64,000 bases of DNA from positions 66,590,001 through 66,654,000 of the forward strand of contig NC_058368.1 in the NCBI RefSeq assembly GCF_018350175.1. Reading direction: 5' to 3'. A program made the translations under genes and the position numbers. Below the pieces are notes generated by a model. It ran no database searches. It was not told the origin of the DNA and saw nothing but the letters and a program-made list of their open reading frames with translations. This document shows, piece by piece, positions 1 to 13,512 of this stretch (position 1 is its first letter; each line of letters starts with the position of its first letter). The DNA comes from Felis catus. Lineage: Eukaryota.

Positions 1-114
1 TCCAGGCTCTGAGCCATCAGCCCAGAGCCTGACGCGGGGCTCGAACTCACGGACCACGAGATTGTGACCTGGCTGAAGTCGGACGCTTAACCGACTGCGC
101 CACCCAGGCGCCCC
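1..114 (-). mobile_element. Can-SINE (SINEC_Fc-like), tRNA-derived head; cut by the window start
   Basis: Reverse complement of GGGGCGCCTGGGTGGCGCAGTCGGTTAAGCGTCCGACTTCAGCCAGGTCA..., CpGs largely intact (young copy). Confidence 0.93.
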
Positions 115-560
115 TCTTCTGCCTATTTCTAAATTGGATTGTGGTTTTTTGGTATTGAGTTATATTATGTATTTTAAGTTGTTTATGTATTTTGGATACT
201 AATCCTCCATCAGATATGTCATTTGCAAATATCTTCTATTTAGTAGGTTGTCTTTGTGTTTTGTTGATTGTTTCCTTTGCTGTGCAGAAGCTTCTTATTT
301 TGATGTAGTTCCAATAGTTTATTTTTTCTTTTGTTTCCCTTGCCTCAGAAGACATATCTAGAAAAAATGTTGCTTCGGCCAGTGTCAGAAAAATTACTAC
401 CTGTGATCTCAAAAATTTTTATGGTTTCAGGTCTTCAGGACCCACATTTAGGTCTTTAATCCATTTTGACTTTTATTTTTGTGTCTGGTGTAAGAAAGTG
501 GTCCAGTTTCATTCCTTTGTATGTAGCTGTCCAGGTTTCCCAACACCATTTGTTGAAGAT
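115..560 (-). mobile_element. L1 ORF2 3' fragment, antisense
   Basis: Typical antisense L1 motifs: atttgcaaatatcttct, tttcctttgctgtgcagaagctt, tttaggtctttaatccatttt, tttcccaacaccatttgttgaaga. Confidence 0.85.
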
Positions 561-1149
561 ATTGAGGGTTTTTTTCTGGTTGGTAGGCTGATTGCTTTGT
601 ATTTGGTACCTCAAAGTCTTTTTCTCTCTCCAGTAAAAACTTATGAGGCCATTTAAAGCTTTGACTTCTAGGAATTGATTTGGTTTTTTTATATTACCTT
701 GTTAATATTATACCATACCCTGTATACATTTGCAAAAACATAATTTTTATATCAGTCATATACCTTCAGTCCCAGAACTTATGGGTACAAGGAGGCAGTA
801 CGGTGTGATGGAAAGGCTGCTAAACTGAGAACCATGGCTTGTTTTCTTTGAGCCTCACTTTACCTATCTGTACATCAGGAAAGTTGGGTTAGTTTTTGCT
901 AAGGTTCCCCAAAGTCCTAACCTGATGTAATTCTAAATATAACTCTTCAGGATGGAGTTGAATCTATATAGGGCTATAACTTATGTAAAATCTCTAGCAG
1001 ATGTTTCTTAGACTATTTTTCCTTCTTTTCTGTTCTTCTGTTGAGTGCAAGGTTATTATTGGAATGGAAGATCTCAGGTAATAAGAATTTGTGGGGAATG
1101 ATGATTGTTTTGTTAAATTTGGGGACCTGAAATAAATTAAGTACTGGTA

Positions 1150-1152
1150 ATA

Positions 1153-1195
<43 letters not shown>
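1150..1195. repeat. (TA)n microsatellite
   Basis: About 22 TA units with one CA interruption. Confidence 0.95.
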
Positions 1196-3407
1196 TGCTT
1201 TTTACAAATCTAACCAATTCTTTTCCCAATACCAAAAGCCAAGTCTTAAGAAAATCTATATTCTCTACCTTTTACATATTAGTGGTCATAATTATATTAT
1301 GTTATTATTTAGAGGCTTTGGTGCATCGAAACACAAAACATATCCTTAAATGCATGACAGTGTAGTAGTACCACATATTTTTAAGTAATTTCTTGTAGAA
1401 ATATTCTCATTTCCTGGCCATTAATGAGACTTTGAGGATTGAATAGCCTTTTACCTACTTGGTGATGTGTTCCTTAACTGTTTCTAACTCCTTTGAAAAA
1501 CCTTGTGACTGTGAACTATGAAAAGACTAGCAGATTTGAAAAATCCTGTAGTGTCAGATGTTGCTTGTGAGTATATATATTCCCCCAAATTAATGTTTGA
1601 GAAATTATTTTTCTGTCTTCCTTTTTCCTCTTTCAGTAATGTTATAAAACATCAAATTTTAAAACAATGGTAAAAACTATTTTGTAGGTTTTTAAAGCAA
1701 GCGAAGGAGACATTTAAAAGCACTGAAAATTACAACTGTATGTAAAAAACATTTAACAAGGAGGTTTGGGGTAATTTGCCGTCATATTACAAGAGCTAAA
1801 TATTTTGCATATAAAACATTTTCAGTATTATCTTTTTACATCATATGCATAAGATTTCCCTTTGTACAATTGACTTGTTTTATAAATCATTTAAAGATAT
1901 TAGCATTTTATTATTTTGTGTATTTTTGTTAACAGTATTCATTTTCTTTAATAACATGATTCGGCAACTAGCCATTTAACGTTATTGTCTGCAATTCAAG
2001 TTTTGTTAATATTTGAGATACTAATTACATCAGCATAGAACATGCATGCTGTGTGGCAGTCTTTTGTCTCAAAAACAATGAACATACAGTTTTGTGAAGA
2101 GGTTTGTTTCCCAGGCCTGCTAAAAAAGGCCACAAGACAAAAACTGAAGGCCAGTATCACTTTTTGAAGCACAGTTTTGTTTTTATTTGATGTAAATCTG
2201 CACAATTGAAAATGAAACATTAAAGAGTATATTGGTGAAAAATATAATAGTTAATTTTTATTTTTTATGTCATCTTGTCTAAGAAAAAAATCACAAGTGA
2301 TAAAATAGCAAAGTAGCAGAACCGTTATATTATGAGGTCCAAATTATGTCATTGTGAGCTGCACAGTTCACATGCCTAATTTCTGAACCACTGGTGATCA
2401 TATATTGAATTCTTGTTAAAGGTCTTCAAATATTTATCAGAAACTAGAGTCTTTGCTACGCATTTCAAGAAGCTATGCAGTAAAAATAAGTAAGCAAAAA
2501 AAAAAAAAAACGCAATATAATGCTGTGGCATTATTAATAAAATCAGCTTGTCCGCTTCAACTGCTGTTAATGAAATTCCCAATTGTAAAGTTTTAAGTCC
2601 TCAAAATTTGAATCCTGACTAGCTAAATCTGTATCTCATTTTAAAGACCATCCATAAGTAGTATTTTTTAAACATTTTGTTAGGAACATTTCCATTCATA
2701 TAGATATGTTGAAAGTGTAGTACAACTAACATCTGTATATCCTGGCTTAGATTCAGTAATTGTTAATATTTTGTTACATTTGCTTCTTATTCGTATGTGT
2801 GTGATTTTTGTTTTAAATCACAGCATAAGAAAATAAGCTGTGGATGTCATGAGCAGTTTGCCCCAGCATGTATCTTATAAGAGTGAGGAAATTCTTCCGT
2901 TAGCATTACCATTATGATGCCTAAGAAAAGGAATAAGTTTGTAATATCCTCTAAAATCTCTTCCACACGCAGATCATCAAGTTTATCTCAACAAGTGTCT
3001 TTTATTTATTAAAAAGTATTTTTTCTTCAATTGAGAAAAAGATCAGGACTAGCTAGCCTGCTGTGGGGGCAATCTAGAGTTGGAGATTGGGCCCATCACT
3101 ATCTTACATTTTAAGAATACTTTGTATAGAATCAGACTCTTTAGGTAGGATTTTTATATACTGTCTCATTTGCTCCTGACAAGAACTGTGAGCCAGACAG
3201 GTCGGGTACCTTAATTTTACTACTGAAGAAGCACATTTCGAGAGGTTAAGCAATTTATTTGCTGAGTCATGAAGTTATTAAGTAATAGCACCAACTCTGC
3301 TACTTTTTTTATTCTACAGTGTGTTTGAGACATAACCCTCCTACGTGAGAGTACCTCGTAAGTCAGAATCATAGTTTCAGATTTGGAATGCATCTTAGAC
3401 ATCATTA

Positions 3408-3603
3408 AGTGTTTCTCAGAAGGGGTGCTGTTGACATTTTCGGTGGAACAGGTTTTTATTGTATGAAATTTTACCTTGGATTACATGCGGTTTGGCACAG
3501 CCTCCCTCCAAGGACCTTGTCCACTATTGTGACAACAAAACTGTCCCTGCACATTTGCAAATGCCCTGGAGGGGAGCAGGATTACCCTGCATAGAGAGCC
3601 ATT
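3408..3603 (-). mobile_element. MER20-like hAT-Charlie DNA transposon
   Basis: gtttctca...tgttgacatttt...ttgtgacaacaaaactgtcc...aaatgccctggagggg...gagagcca follows the reverse complement of the MER20 consensus as recalled. Confidence 0.7.
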
Positions 3604-3651
3604 TATTGGTATAACTACCTGTTTTAAAGAAAGGAAAAGGAGAATTATCCT

Positions 3652-3852
3652 GTATTCAGCACCTACTGTATGACAGGTACCATCATACGTGACTCCTATA
3701 CCTCAGTGCTTTCTTCCGCTCCTTGCTCCAAGTATTATCTCCATTTTACAGATGAAGAGAGTAAATGTCATTGCTTGTACATCTTGCCCAAGTTTACATG
3801 GTAGGTAAGTATTGGAAGCCAGGATTCAAACACAGATCTGTGTGATGCCAAC
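3652..3852 (-). mobile_element. MIR SINE
   Basis: MIR core tattatctccattttacagatgaaga and gaagccaggattcaaacacagatctgtgtga. Confidence 0.75.
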
Positions 3853-4091
3853 TTTCATGAACCTCCCCGTTCCCCCACGATATAGGCTGGGCCCAGTATG
3901 ACAACTCTTACGTTCCCATCATTTCTATTTTTCCACTTTGAGTATCTTTTTAATGAATAATCAACGAGAAAAAGATTTTGGAAAATCGTTTGAAGGTATA
4001 TGTTGGTCATGGTTTTTAGATACAGTGATTCCCTGAGTTGAGTGCTCCATTTTAAATTTAACGCAAATATAATTTTCAAAAATGTCTCTGC

Positions 4092-4198
4092 AGCGGTTAC
4101 ACAGCTTTGTGAATGTACTTAATGCCACAGAACTGTACACTTCAAAATGGTTAAAACGGTCATGTGTTAGGCATGTTTTACCACAATAAAAAAGAAAA
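4092..4198 (+). mobile_element. L1M 3' terminal fragment
   Basis: tgtgaatgtacttaatgccacagaactgtacacttcaaaatggttaaaa...ttttaccacaataaaaaa. Confidence 0.75.
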
Positions 4199-4442
4199 TA
4201 TTTTTAGTGTTGCTAATCCACATGAAAATCTTGACATACTTAAAATTCAAATTCAGAATTTCATTGAAACCATTCTACTCATTTGGGATGCTTCACAGGA
4301 CTTTTATAATGACTCCTTTGGTTAAGATAACATTATTTTTATCTACCTTAGGATTTACAGACCTTATTCCAAAACTACACCAGGGGTTTGATTTTCAAGG
4401 TAATAAGAACTAAACAAAACTGCGAACTGATTATATGACTAA

Positions 4443-4784
<342 letters not shown>

Positions 4785-5280
4785 TAAAACTTAAAAGCAA
4801 CTTAAGTGTGTAGTAGTAGGCAGATGGTAAATGAATCCTTTAATAGCATTTTAATAGCTCTACTATTAAGTTAAAGAAGCAGAACGCTAAATTTTATATT
4901 CTACGATTTCAAGTATGTTACAAAATGCACAGAATTAAGCAGAGAGAAGTACAGAAATATTAATAGAATGTTTCTATATTTTGGGTGGTAGTATTATGGA
5001 TGATTTTTAGTGTTCTCTATACATTCTAAACCTTTTTTTGTTTTTATGATAACGTAGCATTATTTTTATAAACAGAAAAATGTTAATAAATTGAGCAATC
5101 TAAATTGGAAAACCAATTTTTAAGTGAGATAGAAACTGACCTACTTTTTCCAACTTGTTTAAACAGATTAGGGATTGTCTTCATAGGAGCTTGCAACCAT
5201 TTTAAGAGTGATCAAAGTTTATAATGTTTTCCAAAATCAGAATTACTCCCATAAAATATGCCATCAAAATTTTAGGTCAT

Positions 5281-5510
5281 GGGGCGCCTGGGTGGCTCAG
5301 TCACCCACTTAACTCAGTCAGTTAAGTGTCCGACTTCGGCTTAGGTCATGATCTCACGGTTTGTGGGTTCGAGCCCTGCGTTGGGCTCTGTGCTGACAGC
5401 TCAGAGCCTGGAGCCTGCTTTGGATTCTGTGTCTCCCTCTCTCTGCTTCTTCCCCATTCATGCTCTGTCTCTCTCTGTCTCTCAAAAAGAAATTTAAAAG
5501 GTTAAAAAAA
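5281..5510 (+). mobile_element. Can-SINE (SINEC_Fc-like), full length, with a 17-nt internal insertion
   Basis: GGGGCGCCTGGGTGGCTCAGTC head, (CT)-rich segment, A-rich tail. Confidence 0.93.
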
Positions 5511-7092
5511 TGTTTTTTTTTTTAATTTTTGGTTGTGTATTGCTCTATGGAAGTAAGATTCCTAGCCCAAATAGAAATGAATGACTTCTTGCGATTAATG
5601 ATAGACATGCTGTAAAGTATTCTAGCAGACTTGTAAATCAGCATGTCAGAATGAAAACTAAGATCTGTAGACTGTCTATCAAAGAAAAGGATTAGGAGTT
5701 TACTTCTTACTGAGTTCATTACCCATTTGGAAGAATCAGTCTGCTTAGAGAAAAATTTCAATCCCATTAAATCTCATTGACCATCATGGTGAGTGGGTGT
5801 AGGAAGAACAGGAATTGAGGCTACGTTAGATTAAACCGGTTGTTTAGTTCAAAGTGTAAATTGTCACAGCTAGAAATGTAACTCGAGGAGCATGTCTTAT
5901 GGGCAGTAGGTCACCAGTAACTTAACATGTGGAAAGATGAATTTTTTAAACTATCTTTTAGTCTAAAAACAATGTTTACATAGTGACAGAGTGCCAAACA
6001 TTTTTAAATAGTTAAAAAGTTCTTTCTGTGAAGGAAATGACATAAGGGTAAGCCACTCAAGTTGTTTTTGAATGAAGATGAACTTAAAAGTTAAATTTTA
6101 CTTAATAGTGCTTTGGAGCAGTATGGATCATTATTGGAAGTTAATTTAGTCCTACTGTTTCTTTTATCTTTATAACATTTTCTGTATTGGGAAACGCATT
6201 GATGAAATCCAGGTCTACTGATAGCATTGGATGGACAGTTGGATTAAATTGCTTGTATGGTCCCTTTTAACAATAAGTCTTCACTATTTCCTATGACACT
6301 AATTTTTAGGACTGGTAAAGGCTCAGAGGGAAGTAATGCTCTGCTGTGGTCCCTGGATGTGAAAACCCTACAGCCTGAAGCGGAGTTCAAATCTAATAGC
6401 CCTTTTCCCTCCTGCCCTTCCAGCAATATGGCTTCAATTCAAGAGGTGGTTTTATTTATTGTGTGGATCCATGAGACTCTGCAACATCCTGATATGCTTT
6501 TTTTTTTTGGCTTCCTTACCCAGACTCCCATTTTTGGTCTCTCTCTCATTCCTAATTAGACTTCTGAACATTGACTATAGGCCATAGAATGATCACGTTT
6601 GTGGCCTGTGCCACTGAACATCAGTCATACTTGCCCTGGCTCACCCTGAACCCTGCCTACATCTTCCATTGTTTTTCCCAGCATCCTGAATTATGGCTAG
6701 CTTTGTCTTTAGTGTTCATACAAACTATTCTGATTCAGCTCTTAGTCCTGACTCCTTCTGACCTACCTTCTCCTATGACTGATTTTGATTTGATGCTTAT
6801 ACTTATGTCTAAAATCTGTCTTATACTAGAATGGGGAAAGTTACATTTAAACAACGGGCAAAATGTCACTATAGTATGTATTTTCATTAAGCATGGGATT
6901 CTGTGCAAGGCTAATCTGTGGGGATTGATTATTAACAAGTGCCAGAAATACTCAGAAGTATTCAGATTTGTTATATAGCTGGCTTCATTCCTAGGGATCA
7001 CATCATTTTATTGATTAAAATGCCTAGGAGCCTTAAAATATGATTAATTCCACATTGCCATGAGATGTGATGGTTTACATCGAAGTCTAAAT

Positions 7093-7248
7093 CAGTGGTT
7101 CTCAACCCATCACTGTGCATCTGGAGAGATTTAGAAAATATATAAATGTCCACCTTCTGAGACTCCAATAGATTGGCTTTTGGAGTGGAAGCCAGGCAAC
7201 TATAGTTTGTCAGAGCTTCAAGTTGACTCTAATGTACAGAACCAGTGA
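7093..7248. mobile_element. MER5-like hAT-Charlie fragment
   Basis: Starts with cagtggttctcaac terminal inverted repeat; ends ...gactctaatgtacagaaccagtg. Confidence 0.55.
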
Positions 7249-7934
7249 CCTAAAAGTCCATTTTCCACATTGTTTTGGTATTGTATTGGTTTTACAGTAC
7301 AGTCTTGAGAGGGATTCTTCCTACAGTATAGGAAGCCTCAAGGTATGGAATTTATTTCCAGGGAGTAATCCCCAGTTAGTTCGTCTTAGAAACTTCTTCT
7401 CATTTGTCTTTCTTTCCTGAGTAGGGAAAATTGATTTGCTATGGTTTTTACTGAGAATTGACTAGTAAGCTGTATGTCTGAGGGGTTTGAATTACATAAC
7501 CTGGTGCGGATAGCTGCAATCAATGCTACGCATTATTCTGGTTAGATTTTATCATTTGTTTTCTTTCAAACCAATTATGTGTTTTGTGTCTATCAAACTT
7601 CGGTTAAGCTCCTATTTCACAGATTGGTCTAGGTTAAAAAAAAAAAAACCGTTAAGGCAAGTATGATGCCACTTGACAAAACACTACATAGGAATATTAT
7701 GCTTTAAGGTAGAATAAAGTAGAACTGCTTCTTAAAAAAATTAGAATTTTTGTTAAAAAATCAGCACTGTATCTGTGTTCTTGTTAGAGACGAACAGAAG
7801 TAGACTACTGAGAATTAAAGCATTATCATCTGAAGTAGACTGGTTTTCATCGCAATAATATTATAATATTATTCTCTGTTACGTCTGCCATCTCACTGTT
7901 TTTTCAAGATTCCAGATACTAGCTCTGGTAACAT

Positions 7935-8300
7935 GTTGGCATGCTTTTGGTTGAAAGTAACAGAAAACTCGAATGCAGGTGGTACATACAATGAATGAAT
8001 TATCAGGCAGAAATTAATTATCTTCCATAACAAGAATTTGTGAGGCTTCCTCATGGTGGTTTAGTCAGCGTGTCTGTGTCCTCCTGTCTTCTGACTGTCC
8101 ACGTTGTCCGTAGGCTAGCTCCCTCGTGTTCAGAGTTAACTGCGGTTCACTGTGTGGGCATCGCATCTAGATAACGGCAAAATTCAGTATCTCTTTTGAG
8201 CGCAAGGACACCTTCCTCAGAGGCTCCCTCGTCGCACTTCACTGGGCAGAACGGGGTCATATGCCTTTGCTCTACAGCATCCTAAGAGAAATGTAAGTGA
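7935..8300 (-). mobile_element. Old MaLR LTR (MLT1-like), degenerate
   Basis: gcttttggttgaaagtaacagaaaactc...; cttcactgggcagaacggggtcatatgcc resemble the reverse MLT1J/K consensus. Confidence 0.45.
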
Positions 8301-10529
8301 AGGTGTCAAAGAGGGTAGACCGACGTGTCAGAGAAAAGGGTTAGGCTTCCCTCTTACTGGCAGGAGTGTTGGAATTTCTGTGATCAGTTGAGACTGATCC
8401 AGATCCATCTTGAAACACTTCAGGGTGGTGTGGACACCGGGGCTCTGAGGCTGCAAGCGGAGCGGGCAGGCGGGAGTGGGCCAGTGCCGCGGCCATGGCC
8501 GGTGACTCTCCCCTTGTCTTACCCTCTTTCCTCTCATCTCCCGTCCTTCAGCTGGAGCTGGGTTTTTCGAAGCTGTGCTGTAAGTTTTCTTCCTGCTGAA
8601 TTGGGCCAGCGCTTCTTGCCGTGCAGCTTGCCTTAAAACCCACACGTTTTCTCATAACGCATGTGTTTGCCGCCTGCTGCATACTCATTTGATGGCACTT
8701 TTCTTCTTCCGTATCTAGGTTAGGGTTAGTGCCTGTTTTAGGATTAGAATCTAATCTCACGGTGAACAGATACAGACTGCTTTCTTGTGATGGATGGTGG
8801 CAAAATAAAAATTGATCACTGAAGAGAAAAAAAAAACACTTTTTTTTTCGAGAGCAACTTTATTTAAAAGAACAGTGAGTGCAGAGTCAGCATTTTATCT
8901 TTAGACTGTCTTGTGGACAGGGTCAAGGTAAGAATAATTTATGCAAAACTGAATAAACAAAGTACAGGGCACAGGTGTCCTGAGCTAGTTCAAGTTATTT
9001 AATATATTATCTGAATGAAATAATTTACTAGTTACAATGTTAGCTTTTCTGGAAGGTACACTTAATCTTGAATAATCCTAAAACATTTTTTTGCTACTGA
9101 CATGCTTTCAAAAGTATCCTCCTCCGATATTATTATTCTGTTTACTCAGTACATAGTCTGAGGATTTTCTTTTCATGGTAGATTTGTAACCTAGTGGAGT
9201 CTGAAACTTTATCTTGTAATGGATATTCTGTAAAGCATTATAAATAAATAGAACGAAAGAATGCCATAATTAAGTCTTCATACTAAGGAGGAAAATAACG
9301 AAGATTCGAAAGGTAGACTAGCATAAAGAATTTTACTGACCCAGTGATAATATGTTTAGCGTATTTTCTGTCTTGTTCCATTACTATAACAATTCTGGGC
9401 TTATTGTTCCATTATTTCTAAAGCTGGAATACTTTTCTATGTAAGGAGTTTAAAAAGAAATTATGCCTCTGCAGTTATTTGATCTTCTCTTCCTGAAGTC
9501 TAAACATGCTTTTTCACCTGGAGGAGAGAAATGAACTAGCGACGTTTATATATGTAGAGCAGGAGAGACACCCAGTGGCTGAAATACTTACCTTTTTTTT
9601 TTTTTTTTTTTTTTTTCCTCCTGACCATGCCAAAAACATGATTGAGATCGAACTGTTTATTGACTGTTTTTCCTACTATTTGCATCTTCTGGATTGCTTT
9701 TTCAAAAAGAATACTCCTTTCTCTGCCTGTTGATTGGAGTTTACCTCAAAGGGGAAGCTAAAGCAGAGTCGGTGTTCATGATCGATAGAGGTGATTGGGG
9801 TTTAGACTGTTCGTCCCCAGGCTCAGGAGAGGCAGCTCTGCTCACAGCCACCGTCACTAAGTGCCAGTGTTGTTTAGATACAATATAATATAAAATCGTA
9901 GTATTGTAGACTAGCTAGCCCTCTGGTTTATGATAAATTTTTTCCAAATTTTCTGAAAAATAACACAGCTCAAAGATTCCAGGTACTGCAGAAAAAGGGG
10001 TATTTCTCTTGTGGCTGCACGAAGACTGTACTGGCAAGCTGCTAGTAGGAACTAGAGCCTGCTTAATGACTGGCACCGTTTTTAATATAAAGTCTGTTCA
10101 CTTACTTGGTTCTCGTTACCAAGCAGCTCCCTTTGCTCTTTGGAAATTTCTGCTTACTCAAAATATTTCTTTCACTGTGACCTCATTCGACTTCTTTGGT
10201 CTGTCCCAACATCAGCTCCTTTCAACTCCAGTTTCTATTGCCTGATTCTTTCCATGTTTTGTGGTTTGATTTCCTGAGAGAATATGATTAGCCTAACTTA
10301 CGTTGGAGAACCAAATTAGACTGGTGGCCAGTGGCTCGTCTTTGGATTGCTGGCCATCTGGTCAGGTGTTAAACAGTTTTAAGTCAACTGTAGACTGGAG
10401 GCTTATGGTCTCCATAGGATTTCCTTTTTGACAAGAGCTGAAGACAGTTGACTTCAGAAGGGGACTCTGGTCATAACAGGTATTTTGAAACTCTCTCCAA
10501 CTGAAAATGTAAGGTAATGGTACATTTCA

Positions 10530-10702
10530 GAGTTGTGTTTCTGCATCAGAATCACCTGATGGGCTTATTAAAACACAGCTTGCTGGTCCCCTCTCCCACA
10601 ATTTCTGATACAGCAGATCTGGGATGAGGCCCAAGCATGTGCATTTCTAACAAGTTCCCTACTGCTGCTGCTGGCCCAGGGATCACACTTTGAGAGCCAT
10701 TG
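10530..10702. mobile_element. MER5A hAT-Charlie MITE
   Basis: tgcatcagaatcacctg...ttattaaaacacag...tttctgat...tgcatttctaacaagttccc...gatcacactttgagagcca. Confidence 0.8.
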
Positions 10703-10962
10703 TCAGGGTATATTAAAGTGTTGTTGACTGAATCTGTTCCTAACTTTCATATGGAAGTAATCCACTTTGGGGGTAAAAAGTATGTCTCACAATGCTGAAA
10801 TCCTTGTTTTTACTGTTTCCTAACAAAACTGTGATCTTACAGTTAGTCTTCGGGCTTATCCCCCGGCCGCTATGCTTTTTTATATATTGACTTTACCTGC
10901 TTTTAGTTTAATCTGCCTTCTTATGTTTAAATCTTTATCCCACAGTAAAAAAATTGTTTTAA

Positions 10963-11304
<342 letters not shown>

Positions 11305-11444
11305 TAACTCCAAACCACTAAAACTGTGTTCATCATTATGTCTAATTAATCCTAATTAGTTCACCAAAATTATGCCTGCTTTGATTACGAATAATCTTTT
11401 CACATTTGTAATTTACACTAATACTCTTCTCTTCAATTCCTCAG

Positions 11445-11494
11445 TTACTCCAAAGATGGACTAGGGATACCTTTTATGGGAAGTTTGGCAGAAT
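11445..11494 (+). CDS. GPR180: GPR180 coding exon (human exon 5)
   Basis: Acceptor ctcttcaattcctcag|TT, donor GAAT|gtgagt; 50 nt; encodes SYSKDGLGIPFMGSLAE, with phases matching both neighbours. Confidence 0.93.
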
Positions 11495-11605
11495 GTGAGT
11501 ATCTTTCTGAGATTCATTTTTTAAAACATAAACTTGCTGTCTGTTTATTGTTTGCTTTCCTTTTTTGTACATTGTTTTCTGTCATAATACAATTTTTCTA
11601 TCCAA

Positions 11606-11675
11606 GGTTGGTTAGAATTCAGCTCAACTGAAAACAGGGTTACAGATTCAGTTCCCATGTGTCCTGTTTAACTTC
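11606..11675 (+). mobile_element. Ancient tRNA-derived SINE relic (MamSINE1-like or tRNA-Ile-like head)
   Basis: gttggttaga (A box)...cagggttacagattcagttcccatgtg differs from tRNA-Ile CAAGGTCGCGGGTTCGATCCCCGTACG only by transitions. Confidence 0.4.
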
Positions 11676-13512
11676 TTTTTAATTATCAGTCATGTGCGTC
11701 GTTCTTCATTGTTTTTGGAGCATATTTATATACATTCTCTCACTTTAAGTAAAAACTCACTGAAGTAGATACAATTAGCCTTATTTTGCACATAAAGAAT
11801 CTGGGCTCGTTGACAGGAAGTACATTTCCAAATGTCAGCAGCTTTTGAGCGGTAAAGACAAAAGTCAGACCCAAGTTTTCTGATCCCAGAGCTGACATTT
11901 GTAGTCCTATTTTCAACCCTTTTTTGACTCTTTGTCTGTTTCTGACCCAGAGCCATAGAGTACACCTATAAGTGAACTGACCTCACATCTCGTTCTTTTA
12001 TTTGTATGAGGAACTTTCATGAAGTAATTTTTCAATTAAGCATGATGGGAAAAATAGTCAAGATTTGCTCTAAAAAAGCAGATTCTGAATATGAAACCAT
12101 TCTAGGATTTACTTTTTTAAATATTTCCATAGTTCTGGTCTCCTCTCTCTTTAATAGGGTAGCTTATGGTAATCCCTGTAATCATCTGAAGACCCATTTA
12201 TCCTCATCTTGCTGCCTGTCTTAAGATTCTAAGCCTTCTAGAACCTGTTTTCCTACTGAAGAGAATGTGTGCTGGTCACCTCCTGGCCACGAAAAAGAGT
12301 TGCTTCTTTTTGAACGTTATTGAGAACTCTGGTTTCTCTTGCTCTTGTCTCTTAGGCGACTTAGGATGTTTAACAGAACCGTAGAATTTTAAATCTGAAC
12401 AGAACCTTAGAAATAATTTAGCTTATGCATTTTAGAGAGGTAAAACACACAAAAGCCCATCACGGGCAAGCTATTACCAAAATCAAAGACTTTTGGATTT
12501 TTGTGAGTGTCTGCTATATACAAAACACTTTTTTTTTTTTTTTTTTTTTGGCTGTCTGGCATCTTCACTGTAGGTTTAAAAGCAAAAGGTTTTTTTGTAT
12601 GTGTGTTTTTAATTACAGTAAATCAGCGTTGCTAAATTTTGGTGTTCTGACAACAAATTTGGTTTAATGATTAAATGTCAAGATTTTTAATAAAATCACA
12701 CAGAATGGGATTTTTGTGTGATCTGCTTTTTTTATTTATAGTTATTTTTCAGAAACAGATAAGCAGTGTTCTACCTATGCTTACAGTTATGGTATTCTAT
12801 CAATATGTGTATTACTTAGTATACAGAGAAATGAGCCAGAACATCAGGGTCCCCCCCCCCCAGGTATTTGTTTTTGCTAATTATCAGTTTATGCAGGAAT
12901 ATTTCTTTGGCTGGCTTCTTTAAGTAACTGAATATGTATTTGTGAGATGTTTAATAAAAGTATTTGGCATCACTGTCACTTGAAATCTGTGGTGAAAGAA
13001 AACTGCTTGATCTGAAAGGTCATGGCATTTTGTACCATTCAAATGTCATGATAGTTCATTATCAGAACTCACTATTACAAGTATATGAGCATAAATGTAG
13101 AGTCTTCAGTTTTAATTTAGAGGGCAGAACAGTGGTCATTATATATCTGAAGAGGTGTATCATGAATAGGTTTTCAGCTTATAAGTTGCTAATATGTTAT
13201 ACCACAGCTAGTTTTATCCATTTCTACAAGAAAATCTTTATATGAAAGAAATAAAAGCTGTAAACATCCAAGGTATGGATGGCAATTTGAAGAAAGTTTC
13301 ACTTTGTTCAATTCTGATCACGTTTGTGCCAAAGTCGGTACCAAAATATACTATGGTGAGAAAGTGATCATCTTTTTTTTTTAAATCAATAAATACCAGC
13401 TTCCAAAGTAAAAATGCATGGAACTTGGAGTATTTGGAGATTGTTGTTTTCTTGAAGCTGGAACCGGATGTGGGTGGTCTCCTTGCTACTTGTTTAAACT
13501 AGCAGCCTTTCC

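Noticed and set aside
1610..1675. Strong polypyrimidine acceptor with a nearby GT, as a candidate GPR180 exon 2
   Set aside because: About 33 nt, weak donor and no similarity to the GPR180 N-terminus; the real exon 2 appears to lie upstream of the window
5281..5380. tRNA-like A/B boxes here and in other SINE heads
   Set aside because: These are tRNA-derived Can-SINE heads, not tRNA genes
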